Notes under the pieces: model-generated
Told to the model about the DNA's origin: nothing
What the model saw: only the letters and a program-made list of their open reading frames with translations
Databases searched by the model: none
Program-made: the position numbers and the translations under genes
In this document: positions 12,607 to 28,800 of the stretch, one piece after another
Numbering within the stretch: the stretch's first letter is position 1
Layout: the number at the start of each line of letters is the position of its first letter
Source of the DNA: the human T2T-CHM13v2.0 reference genome, Homo sapiens
NCBI RefSeq assembly: GCF_009914755.1
Contig: NC_060925.1
DNA: 64,000 nt
Direction: 5' to 3' (one strand)

Positions 12607-12885
12607 GGCTGGGTGACTGTAATCCAGCACTTTGGGAGGTTGAGGTGGGGTGATTGTTTGAGTTCAGGAGTGTGAGACCAACTTGGGCAATATAGTGAGA
12701 TGTTGTATCTACTTTTTTTTTTTTTAAGTAGCCAAGAGTGGTGGTGCTCACCTGTAGTCCCACCTACTCAGGAGGCTGAGGTGGGAAGATTGCTTTAGCT
12801 TAGGAGGCAGAGGTTGCAGTGAGTTGAGATCACACTACTGTACTCCAGGCTGGGTGACAGAGTGACACTCTGAAAAAAAAAAAAA
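12607..12885 (+). mobile_element. AluJ-like element with a T-rich central linker
   Basis: Diverged dimeric Alu with A-tail and a degenerate TSD (AAGTTACATTTTGG / AAGTTACTTTGG). Confidence 0.9.
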
Positions 12886-13910
12886 GTTACTTTGGAAGGT
12901 CCTTTAAATAGTAAGATCCTTCCTTCTTCTAAATATCTGGTTAAACATCTGTTATGACTTAGTTCTTCTGTTACAAGACAAATTTGAAATAAACGTTTCA
13001 TTTATATTTTTTCTAATGCTAAAATTCTTAGTCCACCATATCTAGAAGCTTTGATTGCAGGTAAATTTAAGGCAAGATGTTTTATAACCCACCAGCAAAC
13101 CATATTAGCAATGATTATAAAGCATTTTTGAAATTATGAGATTAAAGCTCTTAAAATATGTATTTGGGTTGTAAACAATGAAATGTAGAAATATTTACAA
13201 AGAATATCTGATTAAACAAGATATCTACATACATACACAGTCCCATCTAATAACCCTTTTTAAAAGACATAACTCCTTATTAAGGAAATAATGTTTTAAA
13301 TTGAAGAAACACCATGATGACTAAATTAATGCATCACATATCAGCACATTAGCTATGCTTTTCATTTGTAAAATGGTTCTTATTCATGCCAGCTTTCAGT
13401 GTACTGTTCAGAGGCTCGTGGGTGTGATGGAACAGAACATATTTCTGCATCTGTGAATGTAATCCCACACACCATTTTACATGACAAAATCTGAATGTCC
13501 TAAGTCTAGGTGTTAACAGTAATACGAGATGTCAACCTCTCCCAGTCCAGGGTTTGAATTATTCCAAAATAATACCTGTTTTATCTTTTGCACTATCTAA
13601 TTTTATTTAATGAGCGGTTATTTACACACGTAATATAAGGAGGATGGACGTTTTTTGTTTGTTTACTCGCTTTTTCTGCCTCGTCTCGTCATATCTAAGA
13701 TTTGCTTCCTGCAGACAAAAAGCAAGCCACTGAAACTCAAACACAGTAGACATCAATGTGGGACGTGAACACAGGGGACTGGATACAAAGATGATGTGCT
13801 TTTGTACTTTGGTACAAGAAGAAACTACTAGAACTGTTATGCATGTTTAAGTTCCATATAAAAATCATAGGTAAACTTACCCATAATTTATATAAAGGAA
13901 TATGTTGTTA

Positions 13911-15609
<1,699 letters not shown>

Positions 15610-16289
15610 AGAAATGCATGGAAAAAAAAGTTGTATTTTAGTCCTGGTAATATGGATGAATACTTCCTTGTTTTAAATGCCACTTAATGGTTTTAATATT
15701 ATTGCTTAACAATGGAAACAATAGCATATTTTAGTTCAGAAGATAGAAACTTTATTGGGTGTCAAGAGTTGTAATTTAATGAATCAACATAATAAAATGT
15801 AATGTGATAGCTTCTAGTATTTATATTAAAAAGGGAGGTAACAAAAAAACCCTAAAATGTTTACTTGGGTTTTGTATTCTCTTTTTCTGGATGTGAGTCA
15901 AGTGAGAAATTTACCCTCACACTGAGTAAAGATCACCGTTAATTTGAATATGAATATAGTTTAATGAAACTTCAGAATCCCTTGGTTACATTCTCCACAT
16001 ATCTTTTTTTAAAAAATAAAAAAGGTTAAACCTTTAAACTGTGTGATTTGTGTGATCACACAAAGGTCACTTTATATTGGTATTTTTAGGATACTTCAAT
16101 ATATGGACCATTCATTCATTCCCAGCATCATTGTTTAAATAATTATTTAAATGACTGTTTCCCAAACCAGTACATATGTGGAGACTCACTGGATATTTTA
16201 TCCCAAGCAGACTAGCTCACAGCCTGGTGCAGAAAAAGATGCATGTTGTGTGAATGACTGTTTCAATGAATGAATCGTTCCACTTATTC

Positions 16290-16800
16290 TTCTGAATGCC
16301 TCTAAATGACTCTTGTAGCCATTAGCACAGTTTCCCTCAATTCCTTCTTCTCCTCCTTTCTGAGAACATCATAGGATTGTGCTTCCCAGCCATAGCCATA
16401 TGACTTGCTAAGGTAAGGAGTGTCTCTTTTGAATAGAAGCTTTTTTTTTTTTGGTAGAGCCAGCATCTTCCCATGTTGCCCATGCTGGTCTCAAACTCCT
16501 GGGCTGAAGCAGTCCTCCTGCCTTCGCCTCCCAAAGTGTTGGGCTTACAGGTGTGAGCCACTGCACCTGGCCTGAATAGAAGTGTTTATGACCCAGTGCA
16601 CTGCTTGCTCTTTCCCTAATATAGTAATTGTGGAAGCACATGTCATGATAGAGCCTCCATCGTCCTGGTCCATGAACAATCACTCTAAATGCAGTCCTCC
16701 TGGCACATAGGTATTTGACATGTGGTGTGAGAAAGAAATAAAGGCATTGATATGTTGGGATTTGGGGAGTTGTTTGTTAATAGAGAATAACCTACTCTTC
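16290..16800 (+). mobile_element. Old MaLR LTR (MLT1J-like) interrupted by an Alu monomer
   Basis: MLT1-like 3' end (TGAGAAAGAAATAAA…GATTTGGGGAGTTGTTTGTTA). Confidence 0.55.
16441..16572 (-). mobile_element. Free left Alu monomer (FLAM_C-like) with TSD
   Basis: Single left arm of about 130 bp with T-tract. TSD TGAATAGAAG at 16430-16439 and 16573-16582. Confidence 0.9.
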
Positions 16801-17319
16801 CCTCCTTCTCAAATTTATTGAGTTTCAAAGACAAAGGGTAAGTGAAATCCTATTCTATTAAAAGTAGAATCCTAATTTCCAGTTTATAGTGTCACAACTA
16901 CAGAAATAAGTATGCTACTAATTTGGATCGTAATATTAAAATATATTACATTTTATGACTGGTTAAAAATATAATTTTTAACAAAACTATTATTTAATAC
17001 ATAAAGATATTATTTAAAAGATAAAAACATCAACCTATTTGAGAAAATTTTATAAGTCTTAAGCACTTTGACTTTCTCAGTTGGTAATTTTGTGCACAAG
17101 TATATTTTAATACACCAGAAGTCTAAGAACTAAGCTACTGTTCTTGCACAACTCAGGAATAGCTCCTCCGATTTGTAAACAAATCAAAGACACTAGGGTG
17201 CAATATATTTTTTCATTCTGTATATTGTTAGGAGAACTTTTATAATAAAAATCTACCATATCTACTGGAATCTGCAACTTTTTCAGTTTAATAAATTTTA
17301 CTAAGTTCTTGCCTGCCTG

Positions 17320-18170
17320 CATTCATTCATTCTAAATATTTACTGTGTGCCAGGCCTTGTGCTAGACACGGTTGAGTACAAACCTGGTCTCTGGGAGTTT
17401 ACAGTCTAATGGTATAGACAGACCTTAAATAAATAATAATTCTAGGGATATACAATTACAAATTATGATAAAAGCTAAGAAGAAAAAGACCAAGGTACTT
17501 AGAGTGAATATTTTGAAGTTCTGAGAAGAAGTAGCATCTTTGATGAACTGCTATTTAAATAAAACCTCTAAGATGATAGAAGTTAGCCAGACAAAGAAAG
17601 AAGATAGGAGTAATGGCAAATGCAAAAACTTTAAATCAGAAGAGGATGGTACACTGGAGGGCAATGTGATTGGCAGGAGGTCAATGTGACTGGATATGGG
17701 GAGCACAGGGAGACTGGCACGTTATGAGGCAGACATGAGCCAGACATCCAAGGACTTACTGACCAGGTTAAGAATTTAAGTTGTTTATCCTACATTCTGT
17801 GCAAAGTCATTAAGCATTTATGAACACAAAAGTGGTGTGAATTGATTGACATTTTTAAATGATTACTTGGGCTGCTATGTTTACATAGCTTCTACTTAGA
17901 TGAAGGTGAGAGTGGAAATAGGGATTCATGAATTAGGAGATGTTTACAGTGAGCTGGACAATAAATTATCTTGGGCTAGAATTTTGGTAGTGGAAATGGA
18001 AAGAGATAGATGAAAGTGAAATAAGCTTTGTAGAAGGTATTGGATTCACTGCTGAATTGATAGTAGTGAGGGCTAACAAAAGAAAGTGTGGTATCAAAGA
18101 TTATTCCAAGATTTCTGGCATGAGAAACTGGATACATATAGGTACAATTTGTTGACTGGAGAATCTGGAG
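17320..18170 (-). mobile_element. LINE-2 3' fragment
   Basis: Begins with CATTCATTCATTC and TACTGTGTGCCAGGC, followed by a purine-rich L2 body. Confidence 0.8.
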
Positions 18171-18894
18171 AGGGAACTAATTTATCCGTGTATAACTAGA
18201 ACATTGACAGAATGAAGGAAACTGAATAACGCTGACATATTGAAGAAGCATCAACTTGTAAACACTTATTCCTATATAAAATTACTGGAAATGAATTGAA
18301 TACTTCTATAGGGAAAAGTAATTAAAGCCTCTTTTTAAGAAAAAAGTTTTTAAATATATGAAAATTGGGTATGCATTAGAGTGACTCACCTTATATTGCT
18401 ATCTTGGCTTTGTTTTAATTTTTTTTTGGCATGAAAAGAAAATACTAATTTCTTCCATCTTTACTCACTATGCTTTACAGTTTGGAAGGGCAATTTACTC
18501 CTGGTCCTTTTATACTTGGATTCCTAAGATGAGTAGAAGAGTGTAAACCATTGATAGTGTTTGTTTTAAGCCACCCATCTCAAGCACTTCCTTAGCCTCT
18601 TGCAGCACTGTTGCTACCAAGAGATCCATGCTGTGGGATTCTCTGGGCAAGGTTACACCCATTTGCAATTTGTCCCATACGTGGTATCTTTTCCTGGAGC
18701 TCTTCATCTTCACATTTTTTTTCACTGCTGAGTTCTGTCATTTAAGACATGCTGTAAATTGTTGCCCAGAGGGTGTACAAATAAGTAGAATGAGAATCCT
18801 TTGCTCATGGATACATAATCTAGGAATGTATTTAGCTGAAAATAAAAGAAGTATTAATGATTAGTAGCTTAACTAAGATACTTATTTTACCCTT

Positions 18895-19230
18895 TCTTCC
18901 AGTTAGCTTTTGCAGTGGTAAATATAATCTCAAAATATCTCAGTGGCTTACACCACAAACATTCATTTCTCCCCTACAGACCTGTGGAACAGCAGCAGCT
19001 CCACTCAGCTCTCTTTACCCAATCTTCTCACTCCAGGATCCAAGCTGAGGGAGCAGCCTTCATCTCAGATGTGCTGTTTTCCTGGTAGAGGACAGGAGCA
19101 AGAGGCCAAACTGGCCAGCTGAAGTTCAATGAAAGCTTCTGCTCACACATAGCATATTTTAGGTCCATTTGCAGTCCTTTGGCCAAAACAAGTCACATAA
19201 CCAAGCCTGGCATGGCAAGGGAACAAATGG
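18895..19230 (-). mobile_element. Old MaLR LTR (MLT1 family)
   Basis: …AAAATATCTCAGTGGCTTACACCACAAACATTCATTTCTC…TTGGCCAAAACAAGTCACAT. Confidence 0.65.
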
Positions 19231-22200
19231 TTAAGCATCCATCTGGTATAAGTGGCTCAGTGATGCCATCAGGAACTCCAAGTCATTCCAAATCTTTATC
19301 TATTTCTTTGGTAGTAGTTTAGCATTTATACTTTGAAAGACAGTTTTTTCCTTCCTAACATAACTGCCTCTGAGTGGACTGGCACCAAAGGAATGGCAGT
19401 AATGGATATCCACCAACTGTTGAGTTCCCTGGGTCTCTTCCTTGGCTCTTGTATCCTGGCCAGCATGCAAGTCTGTTTAATGCAGTTGTACTTATGAATA
19501 TGTTTTGATTTTTTTCTGCTTTGATTAGCTTGAAATGTATTTTACAAATTTCTCAAGTAAATTACTTTTGCCCTATTTTCCTAAGTTATAAGACATTTGG
19601 GGAAAAATAACATTCATATTAAAATTTAGATATTAATCTAAATATCTAATATCTAAACAAATCAGTTTTAGTTTGGTTAAACAGTTTCTTTCAAGCACTG
19701 AAGTTTAGTTATAAAATAAAATTTTATTTTTTTATAATATCTGGAGGATTTATGGAGCATTTTATATTTTAGGAATGGACATACTTAAGAATTTTTGAGA
19801 TAACTATCAATTCATAAAGCCTTAAATTCCCTTTCACATTCAAAACCTTATATATTTTAATTTTGCTCAGATCTACTGTATCTAAAACTTTGGATTATAA
19901 CTATTATTTATTAAATTAACTATACTTTTACAAATAAATTTTTTGTTTTGTTAATAAATGGAGTCACTAAAATATGAAATATAATCTAATTAATTAAATT
20001 CTTCAGAAGTAAATAGATTAGATTATTTATGTTGCTACTTCCTTAGGTGTTCTTGGGAAACTAGTTGGACTCCTACTTTCAAGGGTAACACAGTCACCAC
20101 TAGGTCAGTGGTTTTCAAACATTTTTATAATTGGGGACTGCTTTTATCCAGTAAAATATTACAAAGAACTCCAGTACATAAAACAGAGACAAGTAAGACT
20201 GCTGTGTTTAAAATGACTGTGTTTTATGTTCAAGAATTATTATGCCAATGTATAATTATTTTATAATTTCTCACTTCCTCTTTTAACAGAAAAACAACTT
20301 ACCCCCAATTGGGGAAATGATATAAAAATATAGGCATTATTCGTTATTTTCAGCTACAGATTTGTTAACAAACTTGGGGTTGAGCAAAGTCATTTGAATT
20401 GTTTTATGGGTACAAATAGGGCTGCATTGCACTGTCTCTCAATTTTTTTCTTTGATTGACAAAGGGTGATATTATCCACACAAAGACTTTCTGAGGGGTT
20501 CATTTCATCACACCAATTATCAGTATGTATGCAAGGCCTCTCCAAGACAGAAAGGTATTTGGGACTGCCAGTTCTGCCTCTTAATGAATATCTTCTGTGC
20601 CCAGCTAAATAAGCAAAACGGCAGAGAAAAACACAACTCTAGGGTAATCTGCAGCAGATGAAAAGACTTACTCATTTTGATGAATATGGCTCATTAGGAT
20701 GGCTGGTTTTGTACTTGTCAATGCTTGGAATCGCTTACTTCTCTCATCCTAAATATCCAGTTGACATCGGCTATAGTTTTGTGAAAGTGAACTCCAGGCT
20801 GATCAGCAAAAAATAGTTTCGGAGGCAAAGGTGGAAAGAATTATTATTTCCTTAAAATTTATTTCTCTGTTATCCCATTAGACAAAAATATTTGAGGTTA
20901 TTTTGGGGGTCTTCTATTCTAGAAGACTTGGAAGTTTTACTACTCTTTGTTGCCTAACCTCCGTTACTCCCTTGCCATCTGCTGCCCTGGCCTTCAAAAT
21001 TTTATTTTATCAAATGTCTCTCAAAATTGTGTTTTGCCAACAGCTGTGGTTTAGTAGCATGCATAGTTGAATTTCAGTAATACCAAAGATATGGATTTAA
21101 ATTTGTTTTCTGTTACTTTTTAGCTAGGTGACCTCAGAAAAGTTATTTTAACTCTCTACATCATAACTTATCCTAAAAGTGAACATAATACCCATCTCAC
21201 ATAAATATTGTGAAGATTTAAGTAATTTTAATTAGGAAAAGCAATCTAACACACTATTACCGTAATAATTCTTTAGAAATAATACTTTAGATATACAAAT
21301 TGAATCATCTTACCCCTTCCCCAGTTAAAACAATTTATTGCTTTGCAATTTCTTTTGAGATAAAGACAAAAATTAATATGTTTTCTTATGAGGCATAGGA
21401 AAACATATGGATTCCTGTAAGTCTAGCTATTATCTACACTCCAGCTTCACTTCCTCAGTGTCCACAAATGTGAGTGTTCTTTCAGACTAGAAAAGGCCTT
21501 GTTTCCTACCACCTCAGGCCCTTTGCCTGTGTTGTTCTCATTAACTTCTCTTTTTACCTGGTTAACTCCTATTTTATCTTCCAATTTCAACTCAGTGATC
21601 ACTTCCTAGAGGAAGCCTCTACTATCATCTTCTCTTTTGGCACTGTACATATAGCAAAATGTTATACAAAATGTTCCATCCATGTTCATTGATTGTAAAC
21701 TGCTAGACTGATACACAGTTATATCTTCCTGATATTTTGAAATGCTTTATCTCAAACATTTACAAAACTACTTCAAAATGAATTTGTATTCAAATGGAAT
21801 AAAAGGAGAAGAAATGAGTTAATATTTATTGGGGGTCTACTATTATTTGAGGAACTCATCTAGGCATAATATATATACTTTTCTTTATGTAATCCTCACC
21901 ATATTTACTCTGTGAGCAAATATGATTTTTTAACAAAAGAATGAAAATATGTAATCATTAAAGATCTTTGTGCCAATTCAAAGAGCAAAAGGGAAGCATA
22001 TACAATTTATAGACTAAAAAAGTACCTTTCTCTTTTGTTGAAGAGATAGAGGAATCCAGGAAAGTTTTATTACATCAGAAAAATTCTGTGTTGTAGAATG
22101 TTCTAATCTTTCCAAAGATGCCTTTACCATTTGCATAGATCAGGCTAGATGAAATGCAAAGCTTCTAAAAAGTTGATAAATAGTATATAACTTGCACATA

Positions 22201-24202
22201 GTGTAATATATTTACAAATTGTGTCATTATGAAAATAATTCCCATCATATGTATAAGTATCTATGATACCAATACTAATTTGCAACATAAACACAAAAAG
22301 AGATACTTTGAAAGAGTCTGCAGATGTCAAGAATAAGTTGTGAGCTATCACAGTAAACATTTCTTGGAAGTACAACATGTGATAAAACACTTGCATCCTT
22401 TTAAATGAAGGCCACGGACCCTGTCAGAATGACACAGCCAGCCACCAGTGAGTTCAGAAAGAACTACATAAACTATTACCAAGAAATATATCCTTGTAAG
22501 ACTTTTAATTAGCAAACTGTTCCATTGTTTATCTTAAACATTGCACAAGAGACTGCTTTTGCTTCTTTTATGTCATAGACGAAATCAGCTACTAAAAATC
22601 TGGCTTACAAAAATGATTCTTAAAATGAAGAGACTATAAATTTCTGTAAATCTGTAAAGAATTGAGATTTACTGTAGAATTAAATCTACTGTTGTTAAAT
22701 AGTGAAAGTACCAAGAGCTAGTCTGATACTCAGCCAGCTTTACTACCTCCAGATGTTAGAGGATAAGTCAAAATACTGAAATAAAATTAATTTAAATTTT
22801 TGTCAATTTAAAATACTGACCTACTTAAAAGACTTCTTTCCTTGTCCTTCCTCCCTATGTGTAAGAACTTAAATATTATTGTAATTGGTCTCTCTGACTT
22901 TAGTTTCTGTCACCATCTGTCAGACTAATCTTTGTAAATGCCTTCTTTGTAGAATTAATTTTCCTTTTAGAAGATCCCCAATAGTTTCCCCTCGACTTAA
23001 AAAAATTCTCATTTTGGCAGGGGGTGGGGCAGGGACAGATGACTTTATTGATGGTACATGGCAAAATGGGGCTCCCTAAGCCTCTTCCAGTCTTCAGGGT
23101 GTCTGGCATGAAAACTGTGAGTTGGGGAGATTTTCAATGTGGCGGGGGACAGGATGCAGCAGGGACTCGCCAGCAGCTGAGGGCCTCTCTGTTTTTCTGG
23201 GATCCTAGGGGGAGAATTCAGTGAGGTACTGCATACCATTTACTTAAAATTATTCCAATAACTCTTGATAACTGTTATTTATTATTATCATAATTGAAGA
23301 ATGAAATAAATCTTTCAGCTAAGTAGACATCAGTGTCGATTTTGAAAACTGAACTGTTGATGTAAAAAAGGCATTTTACCAAAGTTTATTCTAGGCATTT
23401 TGAGTGTTATTTAAGGCTGTAATATTTGCGCCTTAATTCTTTAAAATACTACCCTTTGTTGATTATTTAGCATCAAAAGCTGAGATTCTAAGAAATTCCA
23501 TTTATTGTTAAACTTTGGATTTTCTATTTTCCAAATTCTGAGGAACAATATAGAATTCAAGTGACTCTAGTAACTCCCAAAATGTTCTTGCTGTTTCACA
23601 TTTATATCTAAATAATGACATTTGTAGAGGTTTTTTCTGGCATTCAGTATACTTACCTGAAGAAATATGTTGTACATGTTTGCATATCTAGATATCTGTT
23701 GTGCCCTTGGAATATTTGTAAGTATGCAAGTAGTAAAATGTGGTATAATATAACAGAGTGTTTTTCTGATTGATAGGAAATGGCTTCCTTCTTAAATCCC
23801 TTCTCTTTGTCTTCATATTACTTACTCGTCCAAACTTAAAATATTCTACTTCTTTCTTCCCTTATGAGCATATGCTTTTTCTTCTAATTTTATGATCTCC
23901 AATTTCTAAATAGTTTTCATTTTCCTCTTCTCTCATTGTACCCACAACAGTTCCCCAGTTCAGGACTCTTTAATGTCTCCTGTGCCTGATTCCAGTGGGC
24001 CCTGAGTGGACCTCACTGATCCCTCACTTCCTTTGGACTTTTCTTCCTTCAATCTCACCTCTGTGGGGTCCTCCCATCTTGAGATTTTGTGAAATACAGG
24101 CCTATATAGGACACTTCTCCTGATTAAACCATCACTGACTCCTTGTGCCCCAGCTCTTTGATGTGGCTAACATATTCACACAGTTGTTCTGCTCTCACCC
24201 TC

Positions 24203-24590
24203 TGATAAGGTTTGGCTCTGTGTCCCCGACCACATCTCGTCTCAAATTGTAATCTCCACGTGTTGAGGGAGGGATCTGATGGAAGGTAATTGGATCGTGG
24301 GGGTGGTTTCCCCCACGCTGTTCTTGTGATAGTGAGGGAGAGCCATGATAGTTCTTGTGATAGTTCTTGGAAAAGCTGATGGTTTTAAAAGTGTTTGGAA
24401 GTTTCCCTATTATTATCTCTCTCTCCTGCTGCCATGTAAGACGTGCCTTGCTTCCCCTTCACCTGTCTCCATGATTGTAAGTTTCCTGAGGCCTCCCAGC
24501 CATGTGGAACTGTGAGTCAATTAAACCCTTTTCTTTATAAATTACCCAGTCTCAGGTATCTTTATAGCAGTGTTAGAATGGACTAATACG
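24203..24590 (+). mobile_element. Solo MaLR LTR (THE1D/MSTA-like) inserted into an L2 fragment
   Basis: Termini TGATAAGGTTTGGCTCTGTGTCCCC…GGACTAATACG, with a near-perfect 5-bp TSD (CCCTC/CCTTC). Confidence 0.9.
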
Positions 24591-25624
24591 CCTTCCTATG
24601 TGCATTTGATATTCTGGCCACACTGAGCTATCAGGAGCTCTAAAAATATACCCTGTCTTGCCCAAGCCTTATTATTTGCCAGAAATACTGAAAAATTCCT
24701 TCTATTCATTCCTTAGGTTGTAGTTCCAAATGTCATTTTCTCCATGAAGGCTTTCTATACCTTCTGCCTCCTTCCATCCCAGGGAAAGTTAGTGGTTTTT
24801 TTCCTCTGTGTTTTGAAAGTGATTTACATACATTTCTACTGTAAGACTGACCATGTTATATTTTAATTGTTGATGTGTCTCTTTTTCAGTAAGATGACCA
24901 TTATTTTATCAGAAATGGCATCTTATTTTTTTTGCATACCTAGCTCTTAACATACATTATCTATTCAGTAAATATTTATTTGAAGAATAAATGAATAGCA
25001 AAAAAAGAATAAACCGGATGTGAAATTAATGACTAACCTATAGACACATCATACTTTATCAGGTATAATGTGAGCAGGCCTATATTCTAAATTATATGAA
25101 ATAATATATTAAGAATGTAGTTTTGTAAATTGAATAGATAAATATAAAATAAAACAAATGCAATATAGTGGATAAAGTATGAGCTTTGACATTGTAAAAC
25201 CTAAATATGGATTCTAACCATGCCAAGTAATAGTGAGGAAATTTGAAACAGGCTGTATAATTTTTGTAAGCCTTGTTTCTTTCATCTGTATGAAGAAAAA
25301 TTATTAATATCTATCTCACCATTTGGTCATAAGAATCAAATGAGATAAATGAATGGAAATATTTTCTAAACTATTAAAGTCTAGAGGTTTTTAATTTATA
25401 GTTTAGTAGGTTTAAATTTATAGTCACTGTCACAAATTCTGATGTGACAAAATATAACTTTAAAAAATCTATAACTGATATCAAGGTATTTCACAAGGCC
25501 TAATTTCTGTACTTGTTAAATTTCTGTTTCCTTGACAAACTTATCAAGTTGCTTCATGTCTGAGACAGTATGTTCTTCTTTCCTTCTTCCCTATGCAGTT
25601 GGTGCTGCTGCTCCTGCTGGGGTC

Positions 25625-25747
25625 TGTGTGTGTGTGTGTGTGTGTGTGCGTGCATGTGATGTAATATACATGTAATATACATTTTTAGTTCAATTTGTTC
25701 ATATCAATATCTAAGGTTTCTGAGAACTTTTTGTGTTACCACTTCAT

Positions 25748-25790
<43 letters not shown>

Positions 25791-25813
25791 CTGTGTGTGT
25801 GTGAGAGAGAGAG
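25625..25813. repeat. (TG)n microsatellite split by an 84-bp non-repetitive segment, ending in (GA)n
   Basis: TG tracts at 25625-25648 and 25755-25802. Confidence 0.9.
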
Positions 25814-28800
25814 ACATGCTGTGGGAGGGGTACTTATTCCCTGTGCCATCCTCTTCCTCTGCTGTCTCTGACCTCTGCTGAGGTGTCCAACCACTGGATC
25901 AACTGACCTCACTGAAACTGTCCTTAAAATTTCCATACATCCGCCAGGACTACTAATCACTCAGGTATCTATATTTTATGTTCTTATCTGAACTCTCCAT
26001 CCTTTCAAATCCTTCCACCCTTTCAGCACTTCATGCTCACATCAGAAACATTTAGCTCAGACGCGTTCATGTCTCACTAGGGTATGAAGAATCCAATCGG
26101 GAGTGAGTCCTCTGGCCCATGTCTGTAGAGATCTCCCTTAGTCTCTAAATGGACACTTTGTTGCTCAGACCAGTTGTAAATCTGAGATGTTCTTAGAGGT
26201 TTGTAGACTTCCAGGGTTGTATTTTGGGAAGAGAAGCACAAACTTGAATAAGGGATGCTATTAAAACTATTAATATTTGGATGTTTCTGCCATACCCACC
26301 CTGAACTTTTAATCCTAGTGATGGGCCCCTTATTAGGCACCCACTAGGATTCACACTATAGTTTGGCTTACTTTGAATCATTCTCTTTTTCTAGATGGTG
26401 AAACACTTGTTTCCCTTGGGGTGGGAAATCAGATACTACATCAACCACTCTTTTGTAGTCTGTGGCTAATAATCACAATCTATACCTATTTCTCCTAGCT
26501 TGATACATAATGTCCAGCTTTTGAAATTTCAAGAAAAATCTCTCAGCAAGTGTTTGGCTTTCTGACTATTATGTCAGAGAATGACATTAAACACTCTATT
26601 TTGAAATTCAAGCCTGAGCAATAGCTTCTTTGTCCTCGGCTATATTTATCCTCACCTTCTGCAATGAAAGCCACTGCCTCCACAGTTGTAAGGAAGAAAA
26701 TGTAGGAAAAAATATTATCCATGAAATATCTACAAATATTTTCTGTTCATAATATTATTAGTATAATCATCTGCAATTTGAAGATTCCACTGTTTCTTTA
26801 AGCTACTGATAATATCCTAAAATTTCCCCAAAATATAGGTAACAAATTTCATTGTTCTGTGTGGTATAGTTCCAACTAGGTTATAAGCTAAAGTCAGGAG
26901 GCATGGTTAAGTTTCCTGATCTATAAACTGGGGCTAATAATGTCTATATCATCAAGTTATTCAGTATTAAATGTGATATAGCACGTGGTAGGTGCTCAAA
27001 CAAGTTAACATCTTAATCTTACTTTCATGGTGTTATGTTGTATTCCTCCAAAGTACTTAAAAGAATTAGTTGGCAACCAGGATCAGCAAAATCTAATAAT
27101 ATCAACAATAAATGCAACAACTCACAATTATATCCTGTGCTAAGTAAGACCTACTGTACTCCAAAAATGGTCCGTAACAATGGGGATTGGAAAGCCTCTT
27201 CCACAAATCACTACCATGACGAGTGAAACACATATAAAAGAGACTGCAGCATCACATAAAAATAGCTTTTCATGTCTTTGGGGCATTCAGAAAGTAGTAG
27301 GTTTCTAACTGGTGTGTCCAGCTAATCACAATGCCAGCCATAGGCTAATTGCATCTGCCTATATTGTATTGTTAGGCTCTTTTAGATAGTCTCTGGTTCC
27401 AGCCAGTTCTTTAGTCCAGGCTTGATATCAAATATGAGCTTTAGACATAAAAAATTCATACAGGAAGTAATCTTTGTAGAAATGTAGCCTCTCTGAGTTC
27501 TTTAATCTCACAGAGAGGTAAGGATTGAGAAATAATTAATGTTGAAAAAAGTTTAAAAAATATAAAACATGCTATAAAATGTCAGAGACAAGTATTATTA
27601 TTACTATTATTGAGAAGCAATTGTTAGAAACTATAACTGTTTTTTAAATATAGAATACCTTAGCTACACATAAAGTTTAATTTTCGATAAAGATGATGAT
27701 GAATTGAAATTGGAAAAATTAATTCTAAAAAATCCTATTAAAACATTGATCATTGATTTTGGATTACATATCAGAGGAATACCCTGTGCCAAGCCAATTA
27801 TAGGAGTTTGCTTGCTGTATCTCTTGAAACTTTTCAAAGATTTCCTGACAATAAGCAGGCAGAAACAAAAACGTGACAATCAATGCCAAACAAACATGAG
27901 ATGTTCAGTTACTGTGGAAGAGCTTCCACAGAATATACATTTTAGTTCAATTTGTTCATATCAGTATCTAAAGTGTCTGAGAATTTTTTTGGGTTGCCAC
28001 TTCATAAAAAGGGTGGGAATAAGAAGCTATTTGACAGAACAGTGGTTTCCTCATAGATGTCAAGAGGAAAAATCTCTCTGCCCTGCAAAGATACATCACA
28101 CATACTTTGAAGGAAGGCCATATGATCCTCAAATAATCTCCCTATAGAAAATTGTAGTAAAACCGATAGCTTCCGTGATGGATTTACTCTAAGGGCATTT
28201 ATAAATCTGGTCCTTAGTGTTTTCACAACTCTATGGTTCCACAGTTTTACATAATCCAATATCACCAAGATAAATATTTTTATTTTTCTATATTATCTGG
28301 AAATTCACCAGAAATCTAATATGTGATTCAGGATTGATGATCAGGTGAGTACTTACCTATCCATTTCTTCATCCAATCAGAATAAACAAGAATCAGATGA
28401 AGCAAGGAGTGGCCATTTTTTATTCTTATTAATGAGTCATTAGCAAGCTTATCACATCCATCTGCAGACGCTCTGTTCAAGGTTGGTCTACTGTTTTACC
28501 TCAGTAATACAAAAACTCCCTCCCCCATATCATTTCTTCTTTTATTTCCTCTTTTTTAATTCTTTTTGCCTTGTATACATTTATTCAAAAATATATTAAT
28601 CTAATTAAGTTCCCTATGTGCAAGGCACTATGTCCAGTGTTGAGGAAGGAACTGATCTCTAGTCTCATTCACCTTATAGTCTACAGGAGAATAAAGGCAA
28701 TTACATTACTTTGTGCTGCTTGCTATAGGGTAGCATAAGTAAACAGAACTCTGCCATAAATTTAGTCCTAACTCTCTCGTTTTATCTTTCCTCTTTCCCC

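Noticed and set aside
27704-28147. 147-aa ORF
   Set aside because: TTG start, AT-rich, no recognisable homology and no exon boundaries.
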